Both the position numbers and the translations under genes were made by a program. A stretch of DNA of 64,000 nt. It comes from Thermoplasmatales archaeon SW_10_69_26. GTDB taxonomy: Archaea; Thermoplasmatota; SW-10-69-26. The stretch lies in NCBI GenBank assembly GCA_003009755.1, contig PXUB01000042.1, positions 32,730 to 96,729 of the forward strand, written 5' to 3'. Shown in pieces: positions 48,628 to 60,600 of the stretch. The first letter of the stretch is position 1, and every line of letters begins with the position of its first letter. The notes under the pieces were generated by a model. It did not search any database, was not told where the DNA came from, and worked only from the letters and a program-made list of their open reading frames with translations.

Positions 48628-51600
48628 AACGCGCGTTCACCATCTTGCTCGCCCTGATGACGATCGTCCCGTCGATCGTGCCCGCTGCCGCCCAGCAGCC
48701 GGACCCGGGACCGGAGGATCCGGCCCCCGAACAGCCGCCGGAGGAACCCCCCGAACAGCCGCCCGAGGAGCCCCCCGAAGAGCCGCCCGAGGAGCCCCCG
48801 GAAGAACCGCCCGAGGAGCCACCCGAGGAACCACCCGAGCAACCTGACCCGCCCGAGTCGCCCGCGGACGAGTCCCCGCGCGCGACGTACTTCTCGGAGG
48901 ACTTCGACGACCTGTCCGGGTTCGCCCAGCTGCAGCTCGAGGGTGACCGCAACAGCGAATCCCTGTGGCACGTCGAGCCGTTCGGCGAGAACGGCTCCAA
49001 GGCCGCCGTCCTGAGCGACAGCCAGGGCCTACCCCGCGGCCTCCACCAGGGGATCGCCAGCCCGGCGGTCGACCTCACGCCGATCCCGAGCCTCGTCCAG
49101 GACCAGACCGCGAACAGCGCCGCCGAGGCCGGCGTCGAGCGCGGCAGCCGCGCCAGCCAGGAGGCCGTGCGTAGCGCGGTCGCGTCCGAGGACACGCTGG
49201 ACTACTTCGACGACCTGAGCCGCAACCCCGTGTTCGAGATCGGCGACCTGACGCTGCCGCAAGGCCAGGCGTCGCTCACCCTCATCCACAGCTTCAACTT
49301 CGACCGGACCCAGAACGAGCAGGGCGAGGCCGTCAGCGGCTTCGCCGTGGAGGCCCGAACGCCCGGCGGGGAGTGGACCCCGGTCCAGGCGTCCGCGCTC
49401 GTCGAACCGGCCGAGGAGGCCGACGCCCCCGGTCCCCGCAAGCAGGCCGAAGGCGTCAACGTCCCCGGCAACGTCAACCCGTGCAGCATCGAACAGTCCA
49501 CCCAGGACATCCTGGATTCGCTGCCCTTCCGGGATGTCGACGAGGAGGCCATCCCCGGCTACCAGGAGTGCGACCAGGATGGCCTCTCCACCGAGGCCGA
49601 GACCGAGGCCAACCAGTACCTGATCACGATCGGGGACACCACGTTCCAGGTCTCCACCGGTCCGGCCAACAACGGCACCGTCCAGGACGAGGGCGCGCCG
49701 CTGTTGCCCAACGCCTACATCCAGCCGCTCGACCAGCGCGGCTACACCGGCACCAGCGACAGCGACGACGACGGCCAAGCTGACGTCGTCGGCCACCAGT
49801 TCGATCTCTCCCCGTGGGCCGGCAAGCACGTCGAGCTTCGGTTCCGCGCCGGGACCAGCGCCGTCACCGAGGTCCCCGGCGGGTTCTGGGCCATCGATCA
49901 CGCCGAGATCAAGGCCCCCGCCCGCTCGGCCGACCTCCGCGTCAACCTGACCGCGCCCAGCCTCGACCACGAGGCCCCGCCCGAGCGCGCCCTGGACGAC
50001 CGCGGCCTCGAGGAGCAGTTCCCGGTCCGCGCCGAGATCCAGAACGTCGGGTTCACCGCTCAAGACGGTCCCTTCGAGGTCGAGTTCACGATCCGGCAGG
50101 ACGGCGAACCCGTCGACCAGACCGTCGTCGAGGCCGACCCCGGCCAGCTCGGCTTCCTCAACACGACCACCGTCCAGTACAACCTGACCGCGCTCGGTAG
50201 CACGCCCTACCAGATCTCCGCCGAGATCGTCAGCCAGCACCCCGACCAGCGGCCGACGAACGACGCGGACGCCGACCTGCTGCCGGTGGGCGTCGACGAG
50301 AGCGCATCGATCGACATCCGACCGGCCACCACGGTGACCGAACCCGGCGAGCTGTTGTCGACCACCGTCGTCGTGGAGCCGGATAGCAACGTCCCGATCA
50401 ACGGGACCCTCAGCCTCACAGCTTTCCCCTACGACCCCGAAACCCAGTTGCCGATCGGCGACGGGAAGATCGAGCTGGGCGAACAGCAGATCCAGCTCCC
50501 CCGCGCCGCCGACAAGCACCCGGCCGGCGTCGAGGACGCCCTCGAGAGCGCCGAGTTCACCCGCACGCTCCCCAAGGGTGCCTACCTGCTCGTCGCCCAG
50601 ATCGGTGACTCGACCTCGCAGACCCCCATCGGTGTCGGCACCCCGCCGCCTCCGGTGCTCAGCGAGGACTTCGACCGGGTCGATCCGGGCCCCGAGAGCT
50701 TCTCGCTGACGACCGACAGCGGCGAGTGGACGGCCCGACCGGCCGGCGACGTCCGCCCGGTGCCGAGCGTGATCGATCCCGGCAGCATCGTCAACGGTAG
50801 CGCCTGGGTCCCGCTCTCGCACGAGTCCACGACCCTCCGCCCCGAAGGTGGCGAGAACGTGACCTCGGGATCGGTGAACCAGCCCAGCCTCCCCGCATGC
50901 CCCACCCCGCTCATCCTCAGCGTCGTCGTCGACGAGGCCGGCGTGGAGTGCGAAGTCGGAGAGGGCGGGGATCGCGTCGGAACACCGCTCGTGCTGCGAA
51001 GCCCCGAGGGCACCCAACGCATCCACGCGATGGCGACCGAGGTCCCCCTCCACGACGCATCCGAAGCCAAGCTCGAGTACCTCTCCAGCCTCGTCCCGCC
51101 CAAGGGTGGGTCCGGGGTCAGCGAGGCGCGCGTGTACGTCGCCACCGACCAGGACACGCAAGATCTCGAGAGCCAGCTCACCAACCCCGAGCGGTGCGCC
51201 CCGGTGAGCCAGGCGGTCGACGAGACCGCGCCCAACCAGACCGACCTCCTCGCGCAGGGTCCCTGCGAGACCGTGAACCCCGAGCCCCGGGAGCGCTTCC
51301 TCGTCCAATCCGTGTTCGACCTCGAGGAGATCATCCGATGCGAGCTCCCGAAGGCGCTCGAGACGGGTGGCGAAGCCGTCACGGACGTCACCTGCCCCGG
51401 CCAGAGCGGCGGATCCCAGGCAGCCTGTCCGAGCACCGGCGGTGCCGGGGCCGAGGGCGAGGTCTGCACCGTCTCGGAACCGACCCAGCTGGCCGCGCTC
51501 GCCCCGATGCTCAGCGGAACCCTCGTCGCCCGACACGACGAGGCCCACACGTGGCAACGGAACGCCGTCGATCTCGACGCCTGGGCCGGCCAGAACGTGA

Positions 51601-54600
51601 CCGTCGGGTTCGTCTACATCGGCGAATCCCAGGAGGCCAGACAGTCCTACAACGTCCGTCCCTACGGCGACGTCGAACCGTTCGCAGGCGCAGGCGTCGA
51701 CTTCCGATCCAGCGTGGCCGGCACAGCCACCGACCCGCTGTCCGGCACGATCGGGTACGAGCCGACCGGACAGTCCCAGGGCGCGTTCCTCTCCAGCCGC
51801 GTCAGCGTGGAGAGCGACGAGGGCGTCAAGCTCGAACCCACCGACACCGACCGCATCCGCAACCGCGTCGTGAACACCGCCCAGACCGTGCGGCCCGGCA
51901 CCGCCGACACCGGGTGGAACACGATCGGTTACGACCACGCGACCGGGCTCGGTGACGCCGAGACCCCGCTGCGCTCCGCGGCCCAGGTCCTCACCGGCAA
52001 CGGTGATCCCGTGGCCGAGGGAGCCCAGGCCGGCGACGGCATCGAGCTCGGCACCCGCGAGGAGACCGACAGTGGCGTGGAGCTTTTCCCCCGCCGCCTC
52101 CACGAGGACGCGAAGAAGGCCGGCCAACGCGCCCCCAGCTCGCTGCGAGCCCACGCCGACGACCCGGCCGTGACCGTGCTCGGGTCGCCGACGATCGACC
52201 TCACGGGATCGGAGAACCCCCACCTGCGGTTCCGGCAGAAGTTCGATCTGCAGACGGAGGAAGGCGCCCAGCTCGTCAACGAGGAGTTCAACCTGTCGAA
52301 GCTCGCCTCCACCCTCGACCTGCCGAGCAACGTGACCAACGAGAAGGAGTGCGCGGTCGGTCAACGTGATGCCGAAGCGGGACCCGGCGGTGCCAACGTC
52401 ACCCTCGAAGGGTTCCATTGCCTGTTGGAGGAACGGAGATCCCAGGACGACGACTACAACGTCCAGAACGAGATCCTCAACCCCGCCGTCGCCGAACCGA
52501 GCGTCTCTGCGGGCCTGTACGTCCGAGCCAGCCCCGTCGGCGAGGACGAGACCCAGCTCGTGGAGCCGGTCGACGGCTACCGCTACCCGATCGAGGACTC
52601 CGCCGGCTTCCAGCCGACCCTCGACTACACGGTGAACTCGCCCGACAGCTACCCCGGCTACCAGACCGGCTTCTCCACGAACTCCGCCGGGGACGAGGCG
52701 GTCTGGAACCAGCCCGTGTACAAGGAGGCCCGCCAGCCGTCGTTCGCCGGCACCCCCGCTTGGGCCGGTGACAGCGACGTCGACGGCGACGACGAGGCCG
52801 ACTGGGTCACCTCCGAGCTGGATCTCTCGGCGTTCGGCGGCGAGCGCGTGAAGCTGGAGTTCGTGCTCGTCGGCCGTCAAAACCACACCACGCCCGGCGA
52901 TCCCACCGAGGACGCCGGGACGCTGCTCACCGAGGAGCCGTGGTCCCTCGACGACATCGAGGTCGTCGAGTCCGACGTCGAGGGCGAGGTCGAGATCCAG
53001 TCCCTCGACTGGCCCACCACGGATCTGCCCGTCGTCACCCCCGGCACCGACCTGCCGGTCCGCACCACCGTCACCACGCCGACCGGGCTCGACCAGACCA
53101 TCCACGCCAAGGCGGTGCTCGTCGACGCGAACGGCTGTGTCCGCGGCAGCGACACCGTGCAGGCCCAGTTCGAGAACGACGCCGGACGGACCGAACCGAT
53201 GCCGCCCGGCGCCACCCTGACGATGCCGGACATGGTGATCGACGGGTCCAACGTCGACGGCGCCACCCCCTGGGACGTGCTCGTCGGCGTCGACGTGGGC
53301 CAAGAGCCCTCCGTGCTCGCGCCCTCGTCGGTCGAGACCCGCCCCATCCAGGGCGACGTCAGCCGACAGATCTCCACCGGGGCCCTCGACGTCTCCGAGG
53401 GTGCCACCATCGACATGGCCGCCCAGGACGCCAACTGCGAGCCGTCCGCGGACATCCTGACCGTCACCCCGCAGAACACCCGCCCCAGCGTCACGAAGGA
53501 CGTCACCGACGACCGCGAGCTCACCTTCGAGGTCCTCTCCGACGACGCCGAGGAACCCGACCCCGGCTGCGATGCCGCTCGCATCGTCGGCGACACCCGC
53601 CGATCCTTCGGCGAAACCGGCAGCTGTGCCCCGATCCTGCTCGCGGTCTCCGAAGGCCAAGGCTCGGACGCCGGCGGGGAGAGCCTGCTGCTGTACTCCG
53701 ACCAGGCCCCCGCTGACAGCTCCGAGAACCGGACCGCCCGCGTGGAGGCTCCCTCGCAGCGCGTCCCGGTCGGCAGCCCGATCGAGGTCAGCGTGGACGT
53801 ACCCCGCGACCTCGACCAAGCGGCCATGCACGTGATCGACCCCAGCGCTCCCAGCCCGGACCCCCAGCGCGTCTGGGGTGGGCTCGGCACGACGCTGGAC
53901 GCGACCGAGGACACCAGGATCCCGCTCACGCTCGAGGACGCCGGCCCCAAGCTGCTCGTCCTCACCGGTGACAGCGAGGACCATCCCTCCACGATCGGCG
54001 GCACGCTCGTCGTCGGCACGAACGCGGACAGCGCCGGCGACCCGACCGTGATCGACAACAAGGCCGAGATCACGACGATCGCCGGCGAGCAAGAACAGCT
54101 CGCGGTGACCGACGTGTCGGTCACCCCCAGCTCGGCGCTCTCCACGACCTCGCGAACCATCGAAGCCGAGGTCCAGAACACCGGGACCACCACGCTCGAG
54201 AACGTCACCGTCGAGTTCAGCACCGAGGGCACCCTCGTCGCGGAGAAGAGCCGCAGCTCGCTGCGCGCCGGCGAATCCGCCACCTTCACCGTGCCGGACT
54301 TCAGCCCCGGCGGCGAGCCGAGCATCGTCATCCGCGTCGACGCCACCAGCAACGAAGGCCTCACGGCCACCGGTGCAGCCTCGGCCCGCTCGCTCGTCGA
54401 GATCGGATCGCTGACCCCGCTCGAGAACGCCAACTCCGACGGCTGGAACGTGCAAGGCGACCAAGCCCAGTTCCAGAACCCCGAGACCAGCGAGGCGCCC
54501 GCGGACACGACCGGCACCGTGGACCTCGTGCGGCAGGCAACCCGCGCCGAGGAGGGTGCCCGCCTGGAGGGTCTCGCGGGCGTCGCCGTCCAGCTCGACC

Positions 54601-57600
54601 ACAAGCTCGACATGGAGGAGCGCTTCGACGGCGGCCAGGTCGTCCTCTCGAACGACACCGGGACGCGCCCGCTGTCCGTCGGCGACGCCACCAAGGAGAT
54701 GGGACCGTTCAGCCCGATCGGTGGCGAGGCCCTGACCGGGTTCCGCGACCGGCCCGACGAGACGGTGAAGCTCGACACCGCCGACGCGAGCACCGAGCAG
54801 CTCGTCGAGCAAACCGCCGTCGACCGGTTCGGCTTCCCGCTGCTGACCGACGACCCCGAGGACGAACCCGAGCCGGATGCCATCGTCGACTGCGCGAGCC
54901 GGACCTTCATCGACGACCAGATCAGCGTCGATCGCTCCCAGCCGTACTGCGAGCACGCCCAGGCCACCATCCCGACGCCGAGCACGGCGATGTCCCGCGG
55001 CGTGTTCCACCTCCAACCCTCCGAGTTCCTCTCCGGTGAGGACTCGTGGACCGCCGAGCACGACAACGGCGACGAGTACAACATCACCGTGAACGAGGCC
55101 ACCAGCTACGTCTTCCTCGAGGGCGGCCGCGATCTCGTGGCCTCCGCCCAGGATCAAGGCAAGCTCTCGATCGCGTTCGAGGAAGCCCGCCAGCTGGACC
55201 CGTTCTTCGAGGCCCGCGAGCGCCCGATGTCCGTCGAGGTCTGCGCCCGCTTCATGTCCGTCGAGGACGACGGCAACGTCACGGTCCGTCAGGAGCCCGA
55301 CGTCGTTCGCCGATGCACGGGCCTCACCCACGACGAATCCGGGGACCAGCTCCTCGAGAAGCCGTGGAGCAAGACGATCGTCTCGATCGGGAACATCCCC
55401 GAGACCGGGCCGGGCCAAGACAGGTACAACATCGTGCGGCTCGAACTGTCCCTGCAACAGGACCGGCGGTCCGACGATGGCACCGGCCTGATCGGCGACG
55501 GCGAGGACACCCGTGACTCGCAGGGCCTCGACCAGCCCATCCGCGGCTGGTTCGTCGGCCCCGTCACGGCCTCGGCCGGCGACACCGAGAAGACGTGGAC
55601 CCCCGACGCCCGCGCGCTCACCCAGACCGACCCCAACACCGGCGCCAGTGCCGGTCAGCTCGACGCCGCGATCGACCCCGGCGACAACCCGGGGAGCGAT
55701 CGCAGGGAGAAGCAGATCGACCAGTTCAGCGCCGTCGGCCTGACCGACGTTGATATCGTCAAGCGAAGCGACGGCGAGGTCCAGACCCTCACCGGCAAGA
55801 GCACGGTCAGCGGCATCGACGATCGCAGGGCGAAGGACGATCCCACGTTCAAGCTCCCCTTGACCGCGTGCGCCTGGTCCCGTGCCGGCTCCTGTAGCTG
55901 GACCCAGATCGTCGACACCTACCTCGGATCGAACTGGGGATCCACCCAGGACGACAAGATCCAGGCGCTCGCGACGGCTCCCTTCGCGATGAATCTCACC
56001 TGTTCGCAGCCCGCCGACCTGCCCTTCGAGGTCGACAACACCAACTCCGACGCGAAGGGCGACGACGACCCGCCGACGGCGAGCGGCTGCGACCGCACGA
56101 CCGACCTCCCCGGCATGGGGGTCCAGGTGCTCGACAGCTCCACGATCGACCGAGGCTCCGGCAACGCGTGCGGCGACGCCGAGGTCGGGTCCCCCGTCCT
56201 GTGGCGGACCCGGTGCCTGCGCGGTGAACGGTGGGATGCCTCGTCCACCACGACCGACGAGAACGGGGACAGCATCCGCTTCACGAACCGACCGCTCGAG
56301 GCCAGCGTCCCCGGCCGTCTATCGGACCTGACGGCCCAGCCCAACGACACGACCTCGATCGAGGTTACCTTCGACGGGCAAAACGGCGACCTCCGGGTCT
56401 ACGCCTGCCAGCGGACCGACCCCCTCGACTGCACCGTCGACGACCACTTCGACGCGCTGACCCTCGTCGACGGGGACGAGAGCCCGTACGTGCACGAGGA
56501 TCTACCGGAGGACTCCCGCTGGTGTTACCAGGTGGTCGTCCCCAACTCGCCGGCCGCCAACCAGCGGTTCCGGACCGCCTGTTCGAGCACGCTGCGCTCG
56601 CCGGCCTCGGTGACCAGCTTCGAGGCACGCCCCAACGGGACGACCTCGATCACCGTCGAGTGGGACCGCAACGATCTCGACCAGCACGCCGACGCCGACC
56701 GGTTCAACGTGACGCGCTGCACCCTGCAAGACCACCAGGACGACAGCTCGGCGTGCGGGTCCTACGCAGACCCCGTCGAGGAGGTCGACGACGGGGAACG
56801 CTTCGTCGACGAGGATCTCGACCCCGGCGTCTACTGCTACCGCATCTGGGCGGTCCACGACCGCGGCGGGGAGGACGACCTCGCCAGCGACCCGGTCGTC
56901 GACTGCGGCGCCACCGACGAAGGCGGCGATGCCGTCACCGGCCTGTTCGTCCAACGCGAGTCCGACCCCTACGAGCGCGTGCTGGACTTCGAGACCGTGG
57001 ACCGCGAGATCGAGGGCCGAGCCCCGAACCTCACCGTCCGATGGAACAACTACACCGCGGACGGCGGCGGGCAGACGAACTACACGGTCGACCGCTGCGA
57101 CCCGCAAGGCGACGTCGACTGCTGGAGCGGCGAGGGCTTCGAGACGACCAACAACCAGACCGTCACGCTGCAGTCCCGCTACGTCGACGACGAGGACCTC
57201 GACACCGCGGACCGGCGCTGCTACCGCGTCATCGCCACCACCGGCGAGGAGCCCCGCTCGGCGCCTTCCAACATCGACTGCGGGACGACCGTCGAGACGC
57301 CGAGCGCACCGCGCGCCCTCGACGTCCGACGCGGAGCCGACAGCTCCGGCGACCTGCGGTACACGTTCGACGCGCCCGCCCGCGATGGCGGCGCCATCGT
57401 CGAGAACTACACGATCGAGCGCTGCTCGTTGTCCACCGTCGACGACTCCTGCGAGGACGGCGAGTACACCACGGTCGACAACCGCTCGACCGCACCCGCG
57501 GGGGACATCAGCGAGACGTTCGAGACCGGTAGCGGTCCGCACTGCTACCGCGTCAGCGCCGTCAACGTCGCCGGTGCCGGCGAGCCCGCCGTCGACTGCG

Positions 57601-60600
57601 GGACCGCCCGCGGTGGCGAGATCGGCGGCCAGACCCCGCTCCGGTCGAAGGGCCACAGCCTGGACTACCGGATCGTCATGCCCGTCGACCTGCGCTTCGC
57701 GGCCGACCAGGCCCAGGTCTGGGCCGAGCCCGATTTCGAGGAGCTGACCAAGGAGGATGGGAACAAGGACCTCTCGGTCAGCGTCCGCGCCCAGGCGCGG
57801 ATCCAGGGCCAGGACACCTGGGAGGACGTCCCGCAATGCGTCACGAAGGAACGCACGGATTCGAACTGCAACACCGGCTGGCAGCCCGTCTCGGGGATCG
57901 CCACCGGCAACAACCTCGACCTCAGCCGGTTCGTCGGGCAGCAGGTCGAGCTCGCGTTCCGCGTCCAGATGGCCCACCCGGCCGTCCAGGTCGATCCGCC
58001 CAGCGGCGACCCCGAACCGGCGCTCGCCCTCAACGACGTGACCGTCGAGGCCGGGTACCTGCAGCTCGTCGACCTCGACATGCTGCTGAAGGCCTTCACC
58101 GACCCCAGCATCCAGGGCGAGGGGTGGAACGTGCGCGGCGTGCAGCTGTTCGGGCTCCCGATCAAGGCCAACGTCGGGCTGACCGACATCGACAGCAAGA
58201 CCCTGGTCGAGGACGAGCTCCACGTTCACACCGACACGAGCGCCGAGCGCGACGTGTTCATGTCCGCTGCGGCGAACGTCACCGTTTACAACCAGGGTGT
58301 CGAGCCCGAGACCGTGCCGCTGGAGGCCAGCCTCCAGGCGCGTACCAGCTCCAGCGACCCCTGGCAGTTCAGCACGAGCCAGGGCTGGACCGAGACCGAC
58401 GATCCAGGCATCGGCGCCGATGGCAAGTGCAACGTCGACATCCGACCCGACGAGGTCGACCTCGAGCCCGGCCGATCCAAGCAGATCGCCACGCGCATCG
58501 TCTTCACCCCCGAAGACGGGAGCGGGTGGCTGGACCCCAAGAACACGCCCGAGGACGAGCTGCTGGCGCAGTGCTTCCCCGCCTCGCTGGGCACCTCGGA
58601 CTCCAGCTACGACTTCCGGTTGCAGATCAACGCCTCCGAGGTCCCCGAGGGTGACTACGTCTCCTCCGACGACCGGATCGAGCAGACCGTCCGGCCCAAC
58701 CCCTTCCGGGACAATCTCGGCGACTACCGGTCCCACAGCCCGGGCCTCGGGATCGAGGACTTCTCCGTGGAGCCCACCCGCCCGGCGCCCGGTCAACCGG
58801 TGCGCGTCACGGCGAACGTGAGCCTCACGGACCAGACGAGCCGCGGCGCCGACATCGAGCTCCGGCTCGTCGACCCCGCTACCGGGGAGATCCAGCGATC
58901 GCTGAGCGGCACCGACGCCGACACGCCGATCACCACCTTCGCGCCCTACCGGACGACCTCGCTCAACTGGACCCTGACCGACGTCCCCGAGGGCGAGTCG
59001 ATGGTGAACCTCACCGCCGAGATCACCCGCACGAACCTCGAGAACGAAGAGGAGGTCCCCACCGATTCGGCCGCCGGCTGGATGGCCCGAGGGTCGGTCG
59101 AGGACGACGTCCGCGGATACGCATCCGACGACGTCGGGGCGCTGAGGACCGGCGGCGACGCCCGCTACCAAGGCGGGAACACCACCTACGTGACCACCCA
59201 AGGTCAAAACGAAGGCGACGATGGCTCCGTCGGGATCCTCGAGCGCTGTCGTTCGGTGGTGGATCCCGAGTCGGGCGAAACCTGCCTCAACCAGGGATCC
59301 GACGGCGAGCTCGCGGCCGTCATCGGCACGCCGTGGATGAAGCTGGAGGACTCGCCGCCGCCGCTGATCGGGGTCCGAGCCCGATGGAACTTCGACAGCG
59401 AGGACCAGAACGAGGACGATCCCGGTCACCCGGTCGCCTCCGGGTGGGCCGTCCAGGTCTGCCACGTCGAGGAGGTCCGCTCCGGCCAGTGCCCGATCAA
59501 CACCAGAGACGACGGTGACTCCGGCACCGAAGACGGCTGGGCCTGGCGGACCGTCGACGTCTTGCGGACCTCCGACGGCACGCTGACCGAAGCCGTCAAC
59601 CCCGACAGCGTCCTGCCGAGAGGGGAGTGCGACGACCGACAGAATTCGGAGACCACCTGCTCCGCCGTGAGCGAGGACTGGGCCAACATGAAGACCGGCG
59701 ACGACGTGATGACGAACACGTCGGCCGGGTTCGCCCGCGACCGAAGCGAAGAGGGTGCCTTCCGCACCGTCATCGCCTCCGGCACCGAGTGCCCGGACCT
59801 CGGCGAACAGCACTGCCCGCTGTCGTGGAACCAGACCGACGGCGGCGACCGCGACGACCACTACCGCGTCCGCCTGGTCGCCTTCTCGTCCGACAACAGC
59901 CGCAACGACGAGCTGACGGTCTCCGACATCACGATCGCCCCCGTCGGCCTGACCGGCAGCCAGCGGCAGGACACCTCCGGGTTCCCGATCCCCGAAAAAG
60001 CCCCGAAGGCCGTCCCGATGAACCTCGACTCGCTGGGAGAGATCGGGACCAAGGTCGACGCCAGCGTGGACGAACCCGAGGGCTGGGACGCCAGCATCGA
60101 CGGCCTGCCCGCCACGAGCACCGTCGAGGAGGGCACCGAGCCCCGCCTGCTGGTCGAGGCACCGATCTCGCCCAGCGGCATCTCCCAGAGCGCGACGCTC
60201 AACCCCCGCTTCGGCGTCCAAGCCGAACCGCTCCGCAGCATCGAGGAGGTCGTCCCGATCGGCGTCCAGGCTGGGCAGCACCCAGACCTGGTCGTCGAGG
60301 ACGTCGAACGAACCGACGACGTCAAGAAGGGTGACGAGACCCTCGTCCAAGTGCGTGTGCAGAACGTCGGGTTCGAGACGAGCGAGGAGGTCGAGGTGAC
60401 CGGCGTCGCCCGCTACGACGACGGCCAGGTCAACCTCCTCGAACCGCCCAAGGACCAGGACAAGGTGACCCTGCCTGCGCTCCCGCCCGGCGTCGAGGAG
60501 ACCGTCGTCCTCAAGTGGACGCCCTCCCAAAGCGGCAACGCCACCGTGCGCGTCGGGGCCGACCTCACGCGCGCGGAACCGCTGTCCGGCCCCGTCGTCT

